From: Heterodontus francisci
Taxonomy: Eukaryota
Assembly (NCBI RefSeq): GCF_036365525.1
Contig: NC_090383.1
Coordinates: 13,397,126-13,461,125, forward strand
DNA: 64,000 nt
Direction: 5' to 3'
Shown here in pieces: positions 36,782-49,350 of this stretch; within the stretch, counting starts at the first letter, position 1; each line of letters opens with the position of its first letter. A model generated the notes under the pieces. That model searched no databases and was not told the origin of the DNA. It saw only the letters and a list, made by a program, of their open reading frames with translations. The position numbers were made by a program, and so were the translations under genes.

Positions 36782-38344
36782 GAGATTGCAGAACTCTACG
36801 ATACAGAGGGATCTGGGTGTCCTGGTACATGAATCACTAAAAGTTAGGATGCAGGTACAGCAAGTGATTAAGAAGGCAAATGGAATGTTGGTGTTTGTTG
36901 CAGGGGGAATCGAGTATAAAAGCAAGCAAGTTTTGCTACAGTTGAACAGGGCATTGGTGAGACCGCTTCTGGAGTGCTGCATACAGTTTTTGTCCCCTTA
37001 CGAAAGGATATAATTGCATTCAATTCAGTTGAATTGCAACTGCAAACAGTTCAGAGAAGGCTCACTCGATGGATACCTGGAATGAAGGGGTTATTTTATG
37101 AGGAAAGGTTGGACAGGTTGGGCTGTATCCATTGGAGTTCAGAAGAATGAGAGGTAATCTTACTGAAACATATAAGATCCTGAGGGAATTTAATAGGGTG
37201 GATGCTGAGAGGATGTTTCCCCTTATGAGAGAAACGAGAACTGGGGACACAGTGTAAAAATAAGGGGCTGCATTTTAAGACTCCGCCACCCCAAATAGGT
37301 GGGTGCGTAAAAAAATGCAGCCCGCACGAATGGGGGCCACACTGCGGAGCTGCTGCGATTCCAAACGGCTCATTACCATATCTGGGGCAGCCACCACCCC
37401 CCGATCACCTATAGGGGGCGGGTGAGCCGTCACCGGCAACAGCGTCCTTCGCTAATGTGCAGGCGCCATTTTTAAATGGCTTACAGCCCTCAATGAGCAC
37501 AGAAATTTAAAGGGCCAGTTACTGTAAAATTTTGTAAAAATGATTAAAATAACCTTTCTATGCACTCTCCCACCACAACCCCCCACACCCCTGCCCCACC
37601 GACAATGGCATATCGCAAAAATCCTCTTCTCCCCCCCCCCACCCCCAGAATACCCCCCCCCCCCATAGTTCAGAACCTATGTCCTTTACCCCTTCCCATC
37701 ACCATCCCCCCGACCAATCCGCAGCATTGTAACCCCGCTCCACCACCCTGCACCCCCCACCCCCTGCACAGAGTAAATCACTTCCTCCCCCTTCCCCACA
37801 GGTCTCGCGTCTCGTTTCCCTGAACGGGGATTCGAAGGCGCAGCATTGCCGGCCGCCAGAATAAAGATTACAACGCATTGGCAGAATCGCTATGGACTGC
37901 ATGGTAAGTAGGCATTAACATATTTTAATGCTGGTCCCATCGCTGAGCAGGGGGCGTGGCCGCCAGAAGGCCTCGCTGCAGCCGAGATCGGTATGGGGCC
38001 TGCCGCCGTCAGGGTCAGTGGCGAGCCTCCTCCTTTCCAATCTGCATTGCCCCCCTGCCATTGTTCTGGGCTGCGGACAGGCTTTAAAATCCAGTCCAAG
38101 GGGTCTCTCATTTAAGATGGAGATGGGGAGAAATGTTTTCTGTTGAGTGTCGTTAGTCTGTGGAATTCTCTTCCCAAGAGAGCAGTGAAGGCAGGGTCAT
38201 TGAATATTTTTAAGGCTGAGTTACATAGATTCTTGATTGACAAGGGACTCAAAGGGTATGGGGATAGATAGGAAAGTAGAGTTGAGGCCACATTCAGATC
38301 AGCCATGATCTTATCAAATGGTGGAGCAGGCCTGAGGGTCCGAA
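36782..38344 (+). mobile_element. CR1 3' fragment interrupted by a MITE and by the tRNA-headed LINE; last piece at 41593-41623
   Basis: QRDLGVLVHESLK..LVRPLLECCIQF; 3' UTR GAGCAGGCCTGAGGGTCCGAAT continues as AATGGCCTACTCCTGCT at 41594. Confidence 0.85.
37266..38097. mobile_element. PIF/Harbinger-type MITE
   Basis: Termini GGGCTGCATTTTAA and TTAAAATCCAGTCC; 3-bp TSD AAG inside the CR1. Confidence 0.85.
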
Positions 38345-41300
38345 TTTTTTATCTATTCATTCATGGGATGTGGGCGTCGCTGGCCAGGCCAGCATTTATT
38401 GCCCATCCCTAATTGCACTTGAGAAGGTGGTGGTGAGCTGCTTTCTTGAACCGCAGCAGTCCATGTGGGGTAGGTACACCCACAGTGCTGTTAGGAAAGG
38501 AGTTCCAGGATTTTGTCCGAGCAACAGTGAAGGAACGGCGATATAGTTCCAAGTCAGGATGGTGTGTGATTTGGAGGGGAACATGCAGGCGGTGGTGTTC
38601 CCATGTATTTGCTGCCCTTGTCCTTCTAGTTGGTAGAGGTCGCGGGTTTGGAAGGAGCCTTGGTGCAGTGCTGCAGTGCATCTTGCAGATGGTACACACT
38701 GTTGCCACTGTGCGTTGGTGGTGGAGGGAGTGAATGTTTGTGGATGGGGTGCCAATTAAGCGGGCTGCTTTGTCCTAGATGGTGTCGAGCTTCTTGAGTG
38801 TTGTTGGAGCTGCACCCATCCAGGCAAGTGGAGAGTATTCCATCACACTCCTGACTTGTGCCTTGTAGATGGTGGACAGGCTTTAGGGAGTCAGGGGGTG
38901 AGTTACTCACCGCAGGATTCCTAGCCTCTGACCTGCTCTTGTAGCCACGGTATTTATATGGCTACTGCAGTTCAGTTTCTGGTCAATGGTAGCCCCTAGG
39001 ATGTTGATAGTGGGGCATTCAGCGATGGTAATGCCATTGAATGTCAAGGGGAGATGGTTAGATTCTCTCTTGTTGGAGATGGTCATTGCCTGGCACTTGT
39101 GTGGTGCAAATGTTACTTGCCACTTATCAGCCCAAGCCTGGATATTGTCCAGGTCTTGCTGCATTTCGACACGGACTGCTTCAGTATCTGAGGAGTCACG
39201 AATGGTGCTGAACATTGTACAATCATCAGCGAACATCCCCACTTCTGACCTTATGATTGAAGGAAGGTCATTGATGAAGCAGCTGAAGATGGTTGGGCCG
39301 AGGACATTACCCTGAGGAACTCCTGCAGTGATGTCCTGGAGCTCAGATGATTGACCTCCAACAACCACAACCATCTTCCTTTGTGCTAGGTATGACTCCA
39401 GCCAGTGGAGGGTTTTCCCCCTGATTCCCATTGACCTCAGCTTTGTAGGGCTCCTTGATGCCATACTCGGTCAAATGCTGCCTTGATGTCAAGGGCAGTC
39501 ACTCTCACCTCAACTCTGGAGTTCAGCTCTTTTGTCCATGTTTGAACCAAGGCTGTAATGAGGTCAGGAGCTGAGTGGCCCTGGCGGAACCCAAACTGAG
39601 CGTCACTGAGCAGGTTGTTGCTAAGCAAGTGCCGCGTGATGGCACTGTTGATGACACCTTCCATTACTTTACTGATAATTGAGAGTAGGCTGATGGGGCG
39701 TTAATTGGCCGGGTTGGACTTGTCCTGCTTTTTGTGTACAGGACATACCTGGGCAATTTTCCACATTGCAGGGTAGATGCCAGTGTTGTAGCTGTACTGG
39801 AACAGCTTGGCTAGGGGCGCGGCAAGTTCTGGAGCACAGGTCTTCAGTACTATTGCCGGAATATTGTCAGGGCCCACAGCCTTTGCTGTATCCAGTGCCT
39901 TCAGTCGTTTCTTGATGTCACGCGGAGTGAATCAAATTGGCTGAAGTCTGGCATCTGTGATGCTGGGGATTTCAGGAGGAGGCAGAGATGGATCATCAAC
40001 TCGGCACTTCTGGCTGAAGATTGTTGCAAATGCTTCAGCCCTATCTTTTGCACTGATGTACTGGGCTCCCCCATCATTGAGGATGGGGATATTTGTGGAG
40101 CCACCTCCTCCAGTTAGTTGTTTAATTGTCCACCACCATTCATGGCTGGATGTGGCAGGACTGCAGAGCTTAGATCTGATCCATTGGTTATGGGATCGCT
40201 TAGCTCTGTCTACCGGATGCTGCTTACGCAGTTTGGCACACAAGTAGTCCTGGGTTGTAGCTTCACCAGGTTGACACCTCATTTTGAGGTATGCCTGGTG
40301 CTGCTCCTGGCATGCCCTCCTGCACTCTTCATTAAACCAGGGTTGGTCTCCTGGTTTGATGGTAATGGTAGAGTGGGGGATATGCCGGGCCATGAGGTTA
40401 CAGATTGTGGATGAGTACAATTCTGCTGCTGCTGATGGGCCACAGCGTCTCATGGATGCCAAGTTTTGCGTTGCTAGATCTGTTTGAAATCTATCCCATT
40501 TAGCACGGTGATAGTGCCACACAACACAATGGAGGGTATCCCCAATGTGAAGGCGGGACTTCGTCTCCACAAGTACTGTGCGGTGGTCACTCCTACCAAT
40601 ACTGTCATGGACATAAGCCTCTGCAGCAGGCATATTGGTGACGACAAGGTCAAGTAGACCCAGTCTAGCAGCTATGTCCTTTAGGACTCGGCCAGCTCGG
40701 TCAGTAGTGGTGCTACCAAGCCACTCATGGTGATGGACATTGAAGCCCCCCACCCAGAGTACATTTTGTGCCCTTGCCACCCTCAGTGCTTCCTCCAAGT
40801 GGTGTTCAACATGGTGGAGTACTGAGTCATCAGCTGAGGGAGGGCGGTAGGTGGTACTCAGTAAGAGGTTACCTTGCCCATGTTTGACCTGATGTCATGT
40901 GACTTCATGGGGTCCAGAGTGAGGTTGAGGACTCCCAGGGCAACTCCCTCCCTACTGTATACCACTGTGCCACCACCTCTGGTGGGTCTGTCCTGCCGGT
41001 GGGACAGGACATACCCGGGGATGGTGACGGCAGTGTCTGGGACATTGTCTGTAAGGTATGATTCCATGAGTATGACTATGTCAGGCTGTTGCTTGAGTAG
41101 TCTGTGGGACAGCTTTCCCAACTTTGGCACAAGCCCCCAGATGTTAGTAAGGAGGACTTTGCAGGGCCGACAGGGCTGGGTTTGCCATTGTCGTTTCCGG
41201 TGCCTAGGTCGATGCCGGGTGGTCCGTCCAGTTTCATTCCTTTTTATTGACTTCGTAGCAGTTAGGTACAACTGAGTGGCTTGCTAGGCCATTTCAGAGG

Positions 41301-41590
41301 GCATGTAAGAGTCAACCACATTGCTGTGGATCTAGAGTCACATGTCGGCCAGACCAGGTAAGGACAGCAGATTTCCTTCCCTAAAGGACATTAGTGAACC
41401 AGATGGGTTTTTACAACAATCGACAATGGTTTCATGGCCATCATTAGACTAGCTTTTAATTCCAGATTTATTAATTAAGTTCAAATTCCATCTTCTGCTG
41501 TGGTGGGATTCGAACCCATGTCCCCAGAGAAATACCTTGGGTCTCTGGTTTACTAGTCCAGTGATAATACCACTACACCACTGCCTACCC
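38345..41590 (-). mobile_element. Near full-length single-ORF CR1-group LINE (APE endonuclease + RT) with tRNA-like 5' head
   Basis: APE motifs LTNIWGL, PDIVILMES, RQDR..GGG, SDH; RT motifs QFGFR, LDIKAAFDRVWH, GVPQG..LGP, FADD; (ATGA)n tail; several frameshifts and stops. Confidence 0.92.
41500..41590 (-). promoter_or_regulatory. tRNA-derived Pol III internal promoter (Ser/Leu-like, long variable arm)
   Basis: A box TGGTGTAGTGG (41570-41580), B box GGTTCGAATCC (41506-41516), anticodon-arm-like CTGGA-CTAGTAA-ACCAG. Confidence 0.75.
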
Positions 41591-41623
41591 TTAAATGGCC
41601 TACTCCTGCTTCTCATTCGTATG

Positions 41624-42305
41624 AAAGTGGCAGTGGCAGGATGTCAGTCGGATCTTCGTGGAGGCAGCCAATTAAGAAGATGCCTCTGGGAACCCAGACC
41701 CATTAAGGGTGTGTCGGGTGGAGCAGGGAAGCAGGAGGCCGAATCAGAGGACCCGCTGCAATGTCAGGCCAGCAGCCTCACTGGCAGAGAAGGGCGCTGC
41801 TAAGGCAGGCAGGTGAGCACAAGGGCACCACAAAATGGAGGCGCCCTCGGTTGCCTGCAGAGGTGTCAACAAATACCATAGACAGTAGGGCCATCGGTGG
41901 GGGGACAGGTCACCTCTCCGCAGGAATAGTGACAGATGAGGTTGTGACCTTAGATCCCCTGGCCCCATCATTGGGGTACGGAGCCTCCAGCTCTGATGGC
42001 CACTCAGTGTGCGGCTGGGAGGTCGCCCAATGAGCTGGCAGCCTCTGAACTCGGCAGGGCTGTGGGAGGGGCGGCTCCATAAGCTGGGAAAATACCTGCG
42101 TCATCGCAAAATGGCCCCTAAGTGGGGCCTCAATTGCTGTAATTGGCTGCCTCTCTCCTTGGAGCAGGCAGCTGACCCCTGGTCCCTGGGAGGCGGGGAA
42201 TGCATCAGGGAGCCGTTCCGATGTCGCTCACCCCACTACTTTCTTGCCATCCCACCCACCCCTAACCTCCAACTACGTCTCCATGGGACCAGGAAAATTC
42301 AGCCC
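41624..42305. mobile_element. Harbinger-type MITE remnant (right end)
   Basis: Ends GAAAATTCAGCCC; GC-rich body with CCCCTAAGTGG..CAATT motif shared with other MITEs. Confidence 0.55.
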
Positions 42306-43985
42306 TCACAAGCCTTTGAGTGAAGAAATTTCTCCTTTTTCAGTCCTAAATGACCAACCCCTTGTTTTGAGACAGTGAGCCCCTAGTTCTAGACTCTCCA
42401 GCCAGGCGAAATATTCTCTCAGCATCTGCCCTGTCAAGACTGCGAGGAATTTTATATGTTTCAATGAGATCACCTCTCATTATTCTAAACTCTAGAGATT
42501 GTAGGCCCAGTCTACTCAATCCATCCTCATTGGACAAACATCTTATCCCAGGAATCAACCTAGTGAGCCTTTGTTGCACTTCCTCTAAGACAAGTATATC
42601 TTTCCTTAAGTAAGGAGAACAAAACTGTATGCAGTACTCCAGGTGTGGTCTCATGACGGCCCTATTTAATTGCAGTACGTTTTCTTTACTCTCATACTCC
42701 AATCCTTTTTTAACCTGCATGTTAACTTTCTGTAATTTATATAAAAGGACACCAAGGTCCTTCTGAATCCCAACATTTCCCAGTCTCTCACCTTTTAAAA
42801 AATATTCTGTGTTTTTATTTTTCCTGCATAAGTGGATAACTTCACATTTCTCCACATTATATCCCATCTACCACGTTCTTGCCCACTGATTTAACCTGTT
42901 TACATCCCTCTGCAGCACCTGTGTGTCTTTCTCAAAGCTTACTTTCTCAGTTAACTCACAGTTGGTCCCCTCATCCAGCTGACCCAAGCAATGAAAATGA
43001 TCCATTTATTCCTATTCTCTGTTTTCTGTCCATTAACCAATCCTCACTCTATGCTAATATATTACCCCCAAACCCATGAGCCCTAATTTTGTGTAATCAC
43101 CTTTTGTATGGCACCTTATCGAATACTTTCTGAAAATCCAAATACATTACATCCACAGGTTACCCCTTATCTACTCTCCCAGTTACAACCTCAAAAGCTC
43201 TAACAGATTTTTCAGACATGATTTCCTGTTGAATCTGCTGCATCATATTATTACTTTCTAAATGCCCTGTTACCTAATAACAGATTCTAGGATTTTACCT
43301 ACTACTGATGTCAGGTCCTGGTTACTTTCTCCATACGTTCTTGAATAGCAGGGTTATATTTGCTACCTTTCAATCCATGGAAACCATTCTAAAATCTAGA
43401 GAATTCAGGAAGATCAAAACCAATGCATCCACTATGTCTGTAGCCACCTCGTTTAAAGCCATCAGGTCTAGGGGATTTGTTGGTTTTTAGTCCCATTCAT
43501 TTCTCTAGTACTATTGCTTTGCTAATAATAATTTCTTTAAGTTCCTTATTCTCACGAGATTCTTGATTCCCTACTATTTCTGGAATGTTTTGTGTCTTCT
43601 ACCATGAAGACAGATATAAAGTATTTATTTAATGTCTCTGCCACTTCCTTATTCTCCAGTGTAATTTCTCCTATCTCTGCCTGTATGGAATGTATGTTTA
43701 TTTTCACTAATCTCTTCCTTTTTACATGCCTATAGAAGCTTTTACAATCTGTTTTTATGTCTCTTGCTAGTTTACTCTCAGATCCAATTTTCTCATTCTT
43801 TAACAATTTCTTGGTCATTCTTTGCTGAATTTCAAAATCCTCCCAATCATCAGGCTTATTACTCTTTTTGACATTATAAGCCCCCCTTCTTTAATTTAAT
43901 AATTTAATACTACCTTAAACTTCTCTTGTTAGCCACAGTTGGACCACTTTTCCAGTGGGGTTTTTATTTCTCAAGGAAATGTAAA
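42306..43985 (-). mobile_element. CR1 LINE ORF2 fragment, decayed
   Basis: ORF 42346..42867 NVEKCEVIH..QKDLGV..RPHLEYCIQFCSPYLRKD; ORF 43552..43818 LARDIKTDCKSFYRHVK. Confidence 0.88.
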
Positions 43986-44359
43986 TTCATCGTGAAGAAG
44001 ATTTATTTTACAATGCAATCTGTGATCAGAGTTGTTTCAAATTTTAACTGATTTCATAATGCTTCTTGTAACACAGAAAATAAGAAAGTATGCTAGTTAA
44101 ATATACCTTTCTGACCAGTAATCTTTCTAAAACTGGTCAGCCATTCGCTTAAGCAAGGACTTTTCTCTCTCTAATTTAAAAAAACATTATCCTGATATGG
44201 ATTTATCCAAAAAAAATTATTGGGAAAAGATTTAAAAATCTCAACACGTGGCTGTGTGTGCGTGCAAGCATGTATGTGCGTGGAGTGAGACAGGAAGCAA
44301 ACTATGTATTTATAATGCAGCTGTTACTGTGTATTAAATACTCTGTAAGCTTCACAATC

Positions 44360-46722
44360 CTCTGCGGCAGGTGGTGAAGGAACCAACAAGAGGAAAAAGC
44401 ATACTTGACCTCGTCCTCACCAATCTGCCTGCCACAGATGCAACTGTCCATGACAGTATTGGTGGGAGTGACCACCGCACAGTTCTAGTGGAGACGAAGT
44501 TCCGCCTTCACATTGAGGATACGCTCCATCGTGTTGTGTGGCTCGACCACCCTGCTAAATGGGATAGATTTTGAACGGATCTAGCAATGCAAAACTGGGC
44601 ATCCATGAGGCGCTGTGGGCCATCAGCAGCAGCAGAATTGTACTCAACCACAAACTGTAACCTCAAGGCCCGGCATATCCCCCACTCTACCATTACCATC
44701 AAGCTAGGAGACCAACCCTGGTTCAATGAAGAGTGCAGGAGGGTATGCCAGGGGCAGCACCAGGCATACCTCAAAATGAGTTGTCAAGCTGGTGAAGTTA
44801 CAACCCAGGACTACTTGCATGCCAAACTGCGTAAGCAGCATCCGATAGACAGAGCTAAGCGATCCCACAACCAACGGATCAGATCTAGGCTCTGCAGTCC
44901 TGCCACATCCAGCCGTGAATGGTGGTGGACAATTAAATAACTAACTGGAGGAGGTGGCTCCACAAATATCCCCATCCTCAATGATGGGGGGGGAGCCCAG
45001 CACATCAGTGCAAAAGATAAGGCTGAAGCATTTGCAACAATCTTCAGCCAGAAGTGCCGAGTTGATGATCCATCTCTGCCTCCTCCTGAAGTTCCCAGCA
45101 TCACAGATGCCAGACTTCAGCCAATTCGATTCACTCCGCATATCAAGAAATGACTGAAGGCACTGGATACAGCAAAGGCTGTGGGCCCTGACAATATTCC
45201 AGCAATAGTACTGAAGACCTGTGCTCCAGAACTTGCCGCGCCCCTAGCCAAGCTGTTCCAGTACAGCTACAACACTGGCATCTACCCGACAATGTGGAAA
45301 ATTGCCCAGGTATGTCCTGTATACAAAAAGCAGGACAAGTCCAACCCGGCCAATTAATGCCCCATCTGCCTACTCTCAATTATCAGTAAAGTGATGGAAG
45401 GTGTCATCAACAGTGCCATCAAGCAGCATTTGCTGAGCAATAACCTGCTCAGTGATGCTCAGTTTGGGTTCCACCAGGGCCACTCAGCTCCTGACCTCAT
45501 TATAGCCTTGGTTCAAACATGGATAAACGAGTTGAACTCAAGAGGTGAGGGGAGAGTGACTGCCCTTGACATCAAGGCAGCATTTGACCGAGTTTGGCAT
45601 CGAGGAGCCCTAGCAAAACTGAAATCAATGGGAATCAGGGGGAAAACTCTCTTCTGTTTGGAGTCATACCTAATGCAAAGGAAGATGGCTGTGGTTGTTG
45701 GAGGTCAATCATCTGAGCTCCAGGACATCACTGCAGGGGTTCCTTAGGGTAGTGTCCAAGGCCCAACCATCTTCAGCTGCTTCATCAATGACCTTCCTTC
45801 AATCATTAGGTCAGAAGTGGGGATATTACCTGATGATTGCACAATGTTCAGCACCATTCACGACTCCTCAGATACTGAAGCAGTCTGTGTAGAAGTGCAG
45901 GAAGACCTGAACAATATCCAGTCTTGGGCTGATAAGTGGCAAGTAACATCTGCGCCACACAAGTGCCAGACAATGACCATCTCCAACAAGAGAGAATCTA
46001 ACCATCTCCCCTTGACATTCAATGGCATTACCATCACTGAATCCCCCACTATCAACATCCTCCGGGCTACCATTGACCAGAAACTGAACTGGAGTAGCCA
46101 TATAAATACCGTGGCTACAAGAACAGGTCAGAGGCTGCGAATCCTACAGCGAGTAACTCATCTCCTGACTCTCCAAAGTCTTTCCACCATCTACATGGCA
46201 CAAGTCAGGAGTGTGATGGAATACTCTCCACTTGCCTGGATGGGTGCAGCTTCAACAACACTCAAGAAGCTCGATACCATCCAGGACAAAGCAGTCCGCT
46301 TGATTGTCACCCCATCCACAAACATTCACTCCCTCCATCACCGACATAAAGTGGCAGCAGTGTGTACCATCTACAAGATGCTCTGCAGAAACGCATCAAG
46401 GCTCCTTAGACAGCACCTTCCAAACCCACGACCTCTACTAACTAGAAGGACAAGGGTAGCAAATGTATGGCAACACAACCACCTGCAAGTTCCCCTCCAA
46501 GTCACACACCATCCTGACTTGGAACTATATCGCCGTTCCTTCACTGTTGCTGGGACACAATCCTGGAATTCCCTTCCTAACAACACTGTGGATGTACCTA
46601 CCTCACATGGACTGCAGCGGTTCAAGAAGGCAGCTCACCACCACATTCTCAAGTGCAATTAGGGATGGGCAATAAATGCTGGCGTAGCCAGCGATGCCCC
46701 ATCCCATGAATGAATAAAAAAA
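44360..46722 (+). mobile_element. 5'-truncated copy of the tRNA-headed LINE family
   Basis: Close reverse-complement match to 38350-40655; ORFs 44371, 44587, 45391 and 45817; ATGAATGAATAAAA tail. Confidence 0.92.
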
Positions 46723-47099
46723 ACCAAAATGTATTAACTTGAGGGACACACACAGAGGGTTGAATTTTATCGGCCCCTCGACGCCGTGGGTCGCAGTGCG
46801 GGGGCGGGAAAATTCTGCGAGGAGTGGGCCGCCTCGACTCGCGACGTTGAGATGGGTCCGCCGCATATTACCAGTGGTGGCAGGACCTCAGTGCGCCCCC
46901 CACTCCCTGCCACACGGCTAGGCAATCAATATTTCGTAATGATTACTTACCTTTGCTGATTATGCAGCCCGCCGACTCTCCACCGACACTGCCTGATTTT
47001 TCATTGAATGGCCAGGCATCATGTGCCGTCCCATTCACAATCTGAAAAGCCGGCGGGTCCTCACTCTGCATTATAGACGGGGGGGGGGGGGGGTTACTC

Positions 47100-47275
47100 A
47101 GGGGTCTAAGTGTGAATTCTTAAAGGGTGGAGGGAGTGGGGGATATGCAGGGGTCTAACTCTGCATTCTGGAAAGGACGAGGGAGGGGGATACACTGGGG
47201 TCTAACTCTGCATTCTTAAAGGGTGGAGGGAGGGGGGGATATGCAGGGGTCTAACTCCGCATTCTGAAAGGGAGG
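47100..47275. repeat. G-rich minisatellite, ~48-bp unit, ~4 copies
   Basis: GGGGTCTAACTCTGCATTCT recurs at ~47101, 47150, 47197 and 47246. Confidence 0.8.
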
Positions 47276-47839
47276 GGGTCTGGGATTACTGGAGGGAAAG
47301 CTGTACTGGCATGAAGGGAGGTACCATGTACCATCCTCTGTTAACAGTGTACATTCTGTGTTTGTGAGGGGGCAATGGCACACTAGGCACCCTGTGTTTG
47401 GGGAGGGTGCCAGAAAGGGCAGGAGCATTGAGGTTTTATGGATGGTGGGGGCAATCGATTCAGCTGGTAGGATCTTGATGTGGTCATGCTGTGCCACTCT
47501 GAGTGTTGGCCAAGATGGGCAATGCCATGGCACGCCACATAGTTGATCCAGGAAAGCAGCTGATGTACCCATCAACATCAATCCCTGCCCTGTTGGGAAC
47601 CTTCGAATGCATGGAGGGTTCAACTTTATTTATCACATGGAAATAGGTATGGCTCATCCCACATTGTGTGATCCTCTGCACGTGAGGATCCGTATGCGCC
47701 AGAGGCAATACCAACAGGCAGGTGTGATCCAGGTAGAGTCCCCTAGTCGTGAGCAGCAGCCCCCAAGGGGAGTCCGTCATTACGGTTTCCGTGCATCTAC
47801 AGGCCCCACATGACATGCCATCGGATGTCAGAGCACCAG

Positions 47840-48640
47840 TGCCAGAGGAGGTTGCGCAGAGAGGGTGGTGACACGTCCCTATGCCCTGCTCAAGGATGAC
47901 CTGCAGCCCATGGGCTCCGGTGGACATCCCATGCCTTTGTTCCACATAGTGGAAGCGGTTCTCAAGCCTGACGCCTCTGCAGCCTTTTAGGGGCCCACCA
48001 GAGATCTTAGTGGGGTCACACAATCAGCAGTGCACCACTGCATCAGGGAGGTCACCAATGCCCTGCACTGGAGGGTCAGTGAGTATGTCCGCTTCAGGAT
48101 GGACTCTCACAGCCAGGCCCAGAGGGCGGTTGGTCTGGCACCATTGCCGGAGAACCATAGGTTGTAATGTTCATAGACTACACTCACGTGGCCATCAAGC
48201 CTCTCGCCAGGTTACCACCTACAGACGTCAGCATTAAAGGAGTCCTCTCAATCTAGGTGAAGCTGGTATGTGAACACTGTAGATGCTTGCAGCGAATGTG
48301 TGACCGCTTCTCAGGCAGCTGCCATGACACCTGGGTCTTGCGCCAGTCCCGGCTGCCACCGCTGTTCACTGAACTGGCTCAGATGGAGGGGTGGCTTCTT
48401 GGAGATAAGGGCTATCATTTGCAGACATGGCTTCCGACACCAGTGAGAGACTCCACCACTGCTGCAGAGGAGAGATTCAACTCCAGCCACTGAGCTACAT
48501 GAGCCACCATTGAGCAGGAGATCAGCATGTTGAAAGAGCACCTCCAATGCCTGTATGGATAGGGTGATGCCCTGTACTACAGGCCAAAAAGGCCAGCTCC
48601 TTTCTTTGCTGCTCTGCACAACTACGCACCCAATAGGGGC
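47840..48640 (+). pseudogene. Harbinger (HARBI1-like) DDE transposase remnant
   Basis: GSCHDTWVLRQSRL...GWLLGDKGYHLQTWLPTP...EERFNSSH then ATIEQEISMLK. Confidence 0.85.
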
Positions 48641-49350
48641 CAGGCCTGACATGATGAGGAAAGACATCAACAGGATCCCTCCTTGGACTGTGAGGACACT
48701 GAAGATCGACAACATGAAAGACGCATGGGAGGGCAGATGGCACCCAGGCTCTGCACGCAGGACTAGCAGTGAGGTAGGGATGTACGGAAGTGGCTTATCA
48801 GACAAAGGCTCTCTGCTCCATAGGAACCGACACGAACCCTGCAAGCCACACATCACCCTCGCTCACCTGCTGTGCACCAGTCCACATCTGCAGCATCCCT
48901 GTGTAAACCTTTAGAGGCAGCAGCTGACTGAGCCAATGTCCATGTCACTGCATCCCTGGAGACGGAAATGAGTAATGGTGGCATGGCAATGATGTTATTG
49001 CATACGTTGGCTCTCCCGAAGGGCCAACAGTGCAAAGAGATGTGACATTGGCACTACATGCTGGCACACATCATTCACACAGAGAGAAGGACACACATGT
49101 TGGTGAGGAACATTTAGTGAAAGACGTATTTACATTGCTGTGACACCCATGCAATCCCATTTGTGTCAGTGTATTCTCTGTAAACCTCTGAAATACCTTT
49201 TATGGTGTATTTAAGTCTCACGTCGTGGAATGTGCAAAATAAAGATGATTCACCCAGGTGCGTCACGCCTACAAGAAGGAATGTTACACTTGAGTGGGAG
49301 AAGAGGATCACGACTTCACAGGACACTGGGACACAGCGGGGTAAGTATGT

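Noticed and set aside
41500-41590. Functional tRNA gene
   Set aside because: Acceptor stem is poor, there is no T-run terminator, and the sequence runs into a repeat body found three times in the window; it is a retroelement head.
47079-47275. CRISPR-like or functional G-quadruplex array
   Set aside because: Units have no unique spacers, the context is eukaryotic, and it is a simple minisatellite within a transposon.
48257-48493. Host HARBI1 exon
   Set aside because: Surrounded by stops and frameshifts and enclosed by TIRs with a 3-bp TSD; a decayed transposon.
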